Virus record (IMG/VR): IMGVR_UViG_3300021600_000004
Direction: 5' to 3' (one strand)
DNA: 49,179 nt
From: a virus
Lineage: Duplodnaviria > Heunggongvirae > Uroviricota > Caudoviricetes
The notes below the pieces were generated by a model. It searched no databases. It had not been told where the DNA came from and saw only the letters and a program-made list of their open reading frames with translations. Position numbers and translations under genes: made by a program. Shown here in pieces: positions 46,201 through 49,179 of this stretch. Within the stretch, counting starts at the first letter, position 1. Each line of letters opens with the position of its first letter.

Positions 46201-49179
46201 TCAGCATCTTCTTTATACCATTCATTTAATAATTCCTCATCAGTTTTATCACTCTTAAACCATCTACCAATCATAATCTCACACACTCTTTCTCCATCTT
46301 TGTTTTTATAAAACTTTAATGTATCAGATGTATATGCTTGTTTACCATTGATTAATTCTGATTTTGCTTTTACTGATTCTAATAAAGCTGATGGAAGTTG
46401 CACCTTTAATCCACCAGAGATTTTAGGGCTAACCACTTCTTTATCAGCTATAGAGTATAATATATTTTTAATTTGTTGATATGCAGGTGTAGCTTCTAAT
46501 ACAACAGTACCATTTAAGAAACCATTAAGAGCAGCACTGATATTATCATTCACTTCTCTTTTTAGCACTTCCTCACGTATAGTGTCTTTTGCTTTTGTAA
46601 AATCAGTAATTGTAAACACAGACTCACCATCTTTATCAAAAGTCTCAATGATACCCATTCTTTTAAGAAGAGATTGATAACCAACTTCTGTCATTTCTTC
46701 AAGAAGTTTTTGATTATTTTTAATCTCTTTATATAAGTTATTACCTTTGTTATATGCTAATTTTTGATCTTCTGTTAAACTATACCAGCTTTTGTATCTA
46801 TCTGCATATGTACCTTTAGGATTATAATCAATAGGTACACCAGCTTCCATGAAATCTAATGTAGCAAGTTTGGTGATTTGAGATCCTCTTGTTACCTGTG
46901 CAGCATCTTTAGAAGGCACCTCAGACTGTACACTCATAATACCAAATGGTACATTAGTAAGTGATTTATAAGGAGCATCATTGAATGATCCATCTTCATT
47001 ATAAGTTTCATGTAACTCTTTTGGAGCACCAACTTTTCTAGCACTTTTAAATACTATATAATCTACATTCTCCCTATCCATTTTTTCATATAAAGCAATG
47101 ATATTTGCTTCAGGATTAAGTTCTTTCATTATACGATATGATAGAGGATATATCGCAAACTTATCTAATAGCACATCATTATATGATTTACCATCTCCTT
47201 TATTACCAGCAACAATTGGTTTGATTGGTGTATAAGCACTCTTCACTTCAGGATTACCATTGTCTAATATAACAAGTTCTTGATTAGAAAGAGATAGGTT
47301 TTTATCTCTTTTCTCCCAAGCCATATCATATCTAAATTGTTTTTCTTCATTATCATTCCAGTTACCTGCACGAATTCTAAAGTTACGATATGCTTTATAG
47401 TTTGCAATACCACTACCATCTGTATCTTCATAAGGTTTCCATTTCTTATTAGTAGGATCTTCTTTATATCCAGGAAGATCGTGGTGTGCAAATACATCAT
47501 TATGAGTAGCAGATACTAAATAATCTTTAGTGAAATCTGTATATCCTATATCTCCTTTCTTAAATCCTTTATTCCAAACAGCATTAAGTGCTGCATTCAT
47601 TTTAGGAGAACCATTAATAATAGCTTGTCTAGGAGAGTTAAAGTTCTTAATACGCTTTAACTCATCTGAATATTGGTATGGATCAGAGTACAATAGTTTA
47701 TGAAGCTCAATATTATTGATGATAAAGTTTACATTTAATGCAGACAAGTGCTGAGTTAGCACATCATTTTCTATATTCTCTCTTTCTCCTATCTTTAAAT
47801 TACTTACATTCCAACCATCCACTTCAGATTTTATTATACCATATTCAGAAAGAACTCTTTTAAAATTATCTGCTTCATCTTCAATAAAAGATTTAACAGC
47901 TGCATTTATTTTGTTTTCATATTTATCATAAATCTGTTCAGCAGTGAGAGATTTCTTTTCTTTAAGAATAGATTTTTGTAATTCTTCTCCTAAAATAGAT
48001 TTAAAGAAACGAAACTCATTACTATCTCTAGTAGGACGTTTTTCTCTAACTAGGTTCAACTCATCTATAAAATATCCTTTAAATATAGAAGGAATAGTTT
48101 TTCTCCAACCAATACCATCTTTAACAAGATCTTCTGAATTGATAGCATTTCCCATCTTTATCATCCATTCCATAGAAGCATCTCCAGGAACTAGATTTAA
48201 ATAATAACCTTCTATATTAAGATTGATTTCTTGTATCAATCTATCTTTATAAGTAAGTTTAGATGATTGTTTTTGTTTACCTTTTTCAGTGTCTATGATA
48301 CCATCTGCATATGCAGTTTTCATTAACTCTCTTGTACCACTTCTACGTTCTCCTGTATTAGTATTAAATATTTTATCTAATAATACAGAATGTTTTGAAA
48401 ATGAATCTGTAAGAAGATATGCATATCTTGTATTTGCTAATTCTGATTTGTTATCTATTTTAGATAGAATATCATAAAGATCACTAGCAGGATTTGTACC
48501 AATAAAAGATTGTGTACGTTCACCATTAACATTGAAATATGTACTACTAAATTCAGGAGTACTAATTGCTGCTCTAATTAAACCAAGAGATAATAAACGA
48601 CCATCTATATGAAGTGTTTGAGGAGTTATTGTATTCACCTTTATAACATCATATATGCTCTTAATTATACCATCAGTTGCATCATTAAATAGTTTTAATT
48701 TATCATCTTTTAGATCTTGTATTTCTTTTTTATTAAATATGATATTAAGACTTTTTAAGAACTCAATTCTTTTATCAAGGTCTGGTGATTGAAGACCTTT
48801 CATCGCATCCTTTTTCTGAATATATGCTTTTTGTTTTTCATCATAAGCATAATAACGATTCTCTTTCTTAAAAGTTTCTATAATCTTACCAATATAATCA
48901 CTCTTAACTTGTCTAGCAGCACTAGTTAAACTAGCATCACCCACTTGTACATCACCATTTTCTAATATAAATACATTCTTTACATCAGGGTTTTGTTTCT
49001 TAAATGTTTGCCATAGAGCAGTTAATAGACTAAGTTCATGTGTATTCTCTAAATTAGTAAAATCAAATGTGTCAGTTCCAGAATCAGTTAGGGTGAGACG
49101 ATAATATAATTTTTTATAAGACTTATCTTCATTAGCCATTTTTCTAATTCCTTCTATCATTTCATCAATGTTATTAGAA
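43248..49179 (-). CDS. crAss-like virion RNA polymerase (N-terminus truncated by window end)
   Basis: GSDFDIDK catalytic motif (46014-46028), GFRTPTQ and TDG motifs; over 1970 aa; frame open to the window edge. Confidence 0.85.
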   Translation of the reverse strand, partial: SNNIDEMIEGIRKMANEDKSYKKLYYRLTLTDSGTDTFDFTNLENTHELSLLTALWQTFKKQNPDVKNVFILENGDVQVGDASLTSAARQVKSDYIGKIIETFKKENRYYAYDEKQKAYIQKKDAMKGLQSPDLDKRIEFLKSLNIIFNKKEIQDLKDDKLKLFNDATDGIIKSIYDVIKVNTITPQTLHIDGRLLSLGLIRAAISTPEFSSTYFNVNGERTQSFIGTNPASDLYDILSKIDNKSELANTRYAYLLTDSFSKHSVLLDKIFNTNTGERRSGTRELMKTAYADGIIDTEKGKQKQSSKLTYKDRLIQEINLNIEGYYLNLVPGDASMEWMIKMGNAINSEDLVKDGIGWRKTIPSIFKGYFIDELNLVREKRPTRDSNEFRFFKSILGEELQKSILKEKKSLTAEQIYDKYENKINAAVKSFIEDEADNFKRVLSEYGIIKSEVDGWNVSNLKIGERENIENDVLTQHLSALNVNFIINNIELHKLLYSDPYQYSDELKRIKNFNSPRQAIINGSPKMNAALNAVWNKGFKKGDIGYTDFTKDYLVSATHNDVFAHHDLPGYKEDPTNKKWKPYEDTDGSGIANYKAYRNFRIRAGNWNDNEEKQFRYDMAWEKRDKNLSLSNQELVILDNGNPEVKSAYTPIKPIVAGNKGDGKSYNDVLLDKFAIYPLSYRIMKELNPEANIIALYEKMDRENVDYIVFKSARKVGAPKELHETYNEDGSFNDAPYKSLTNVPFGIMSVQSEVPSKDAAQVTRGSQITKLATLDFMEAGVPIDYNPKGTYADRYKSWYSLTEDQKLAYNKGNNLYKEIKNNQKLLEEMTEVGYQSLLKRMGIIETFDKDGESVFTITDFTKAKDTIREEVLKREVNDNISAALNGFLNGTVVLEATPAYQQIKNILYSIADKEVVSPKISGGLKVQLPSALLESVKAKSELINGKQAYTSDTLKFYKNKDGERVCEIMIGRWFKSDKTDEELLNEWYKEDADGNKVLTEEGRKILSGIGFRTPTQKQNSIDSFVIAKFLPKEFGDSIIVPSALVKKAGSDFDIDKLSIYLKNLFKDENGKLGMVESKGSESATKEFYGKVFDKILEKDKTAKESALLQAIKDIDVLDAILLSDEDSALENILLSKNKKLDTLIMHFGDIIDDVADFLVEKSESLRTDIEKLNNATIQKELREFYVDRKYKQSLENEYIQSLQNLVSHELNFDNLVKPNSSEQLHDLADKITKARGIQSLDSSDVGNMLNRHYMSRLRHAFISGKYAIGIAAVNQTNHSLNQRERIYLDFSKLNRVSKDDAYWLEKNGLGVNFVDKNGKPAYNMIDVDGEMVPTLSMAKNTAGQYISDIISQFIDGYVDISKGPWIMELGATPNVASTFLFLVKLGVPIDTVSYFMNQPIIRDYLRSIENAGYSWLFINDFVKDIKADPKYKTTDSQLSKIDSIPKTSSLFENIGKIAFSEEEKAGQQYMLDEFLKYAKMANQLFLVTQGSNYDTATFNDGYLIFKKNEQLKKARNTIISSVDSLLNNSYIGKLRSTMVKMRNALAEVLISDKPNVRRVIENVLENYINEPDRDFIKIAQTAVNNLFDWAVQIDTGLNKYIESILLNNVTSAAQQIANFVGTVEATPGHALRNNEVIKLIKTNISSSSNGVNTISIKNKDNKVYDQNKLIYAFEELKTYLKDYGDKDLYKQLVALSVLQSGLTSSPISFTSLLPYEDFKNVYNDVLSKLEQRGGLDVFNTLNVFERNNWNNNDIVPRIKAKYKFNYATGRSEQIIKNLRFAYGDNVVKKAILDGKIPDVVKLDSRSMGTDSDVIIYSWEKGTPAEKKAARRIGDYSYIQKGLFKKVYNGVEPLVNYDKYGNPQFVFKMINAWGDSYKANEFYDVARPSKIDNGFLKVEQSYSEIETPNGKEIIKTSAEVDDDVIVPYFTLEKGVSLQDMNLAPEELLEDYSQTTGLTIGIPAQADSKLNFKKGPCK

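Noticed and set aside
1189-48477. Numerous short antisense or off-frame ORFs in the track (e.g. 1189..1404, 6221..6466, 17293..17763, 38387..38707, 45652..45918)
   Set aside because: They overlap well-supported genes on the opposite strand or frame and have no motifs or start context.
1-49179. tRNA/rRNA genes, integrase, or stop-codon reassignment as seen in some crAss-like phages
   Set aside because: No cloverleaf or rRNA-like segments were seen in the short intergenic gaps, and no integrase motif was found. Known genes are intact under code 11, with TAA, TAG and TGA all used as stops.

Overview
This window is a 49 kb fragment of a large, AT-rich, lytic dsDNA phage related to crAss-like phages (Crassvirales). 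The host is probably Bacteroidota, judging by TTTG-N20/21-TAnnTTTG promoters, A-rich leaders without Shine-Dalgarno sites, and D-S/T-hydrophobic sequons in secreted proteins. The + strand block (1-17033) carries replication and nucleotide genes: primase end, DUF932, a variant UDG, rIIA/rIIB, HNH, an exonuclease, class II RNR, RecA, dUTPase, a GT2 and a methyltransferase. It ends at a bidirectional terminator. The - strand block (17043-49179) carries virion and lysis genes: a DFDID-type virion RNA polymerase (truncated by the window edge), a polyvalent ejected protein, a 2178 aa fibre with about 890 aa of Gly-Thr/Ser-Ser/Thr repeats, a lysis cassette, several small proteins with poly-Thr tails, an LCIB-type beta-carbonic anhydrase and a cluster of small basic proteins. 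The most striking candidate system is phage-encoded protein O-glycosylation. A TibC/Aah-type protein heptosyltransferase domain (fused to MTase, GT-A and GT4 domains), a plant SGT1/HPAT-like peptide O-glycosyltransferase, DUF6165, a GT2 and an MTase are interspersed with Ser/Thr-rich, mucin- or collagen-like putative virion acceptors. All family calls come from motif recognition by eye; no database search was run.
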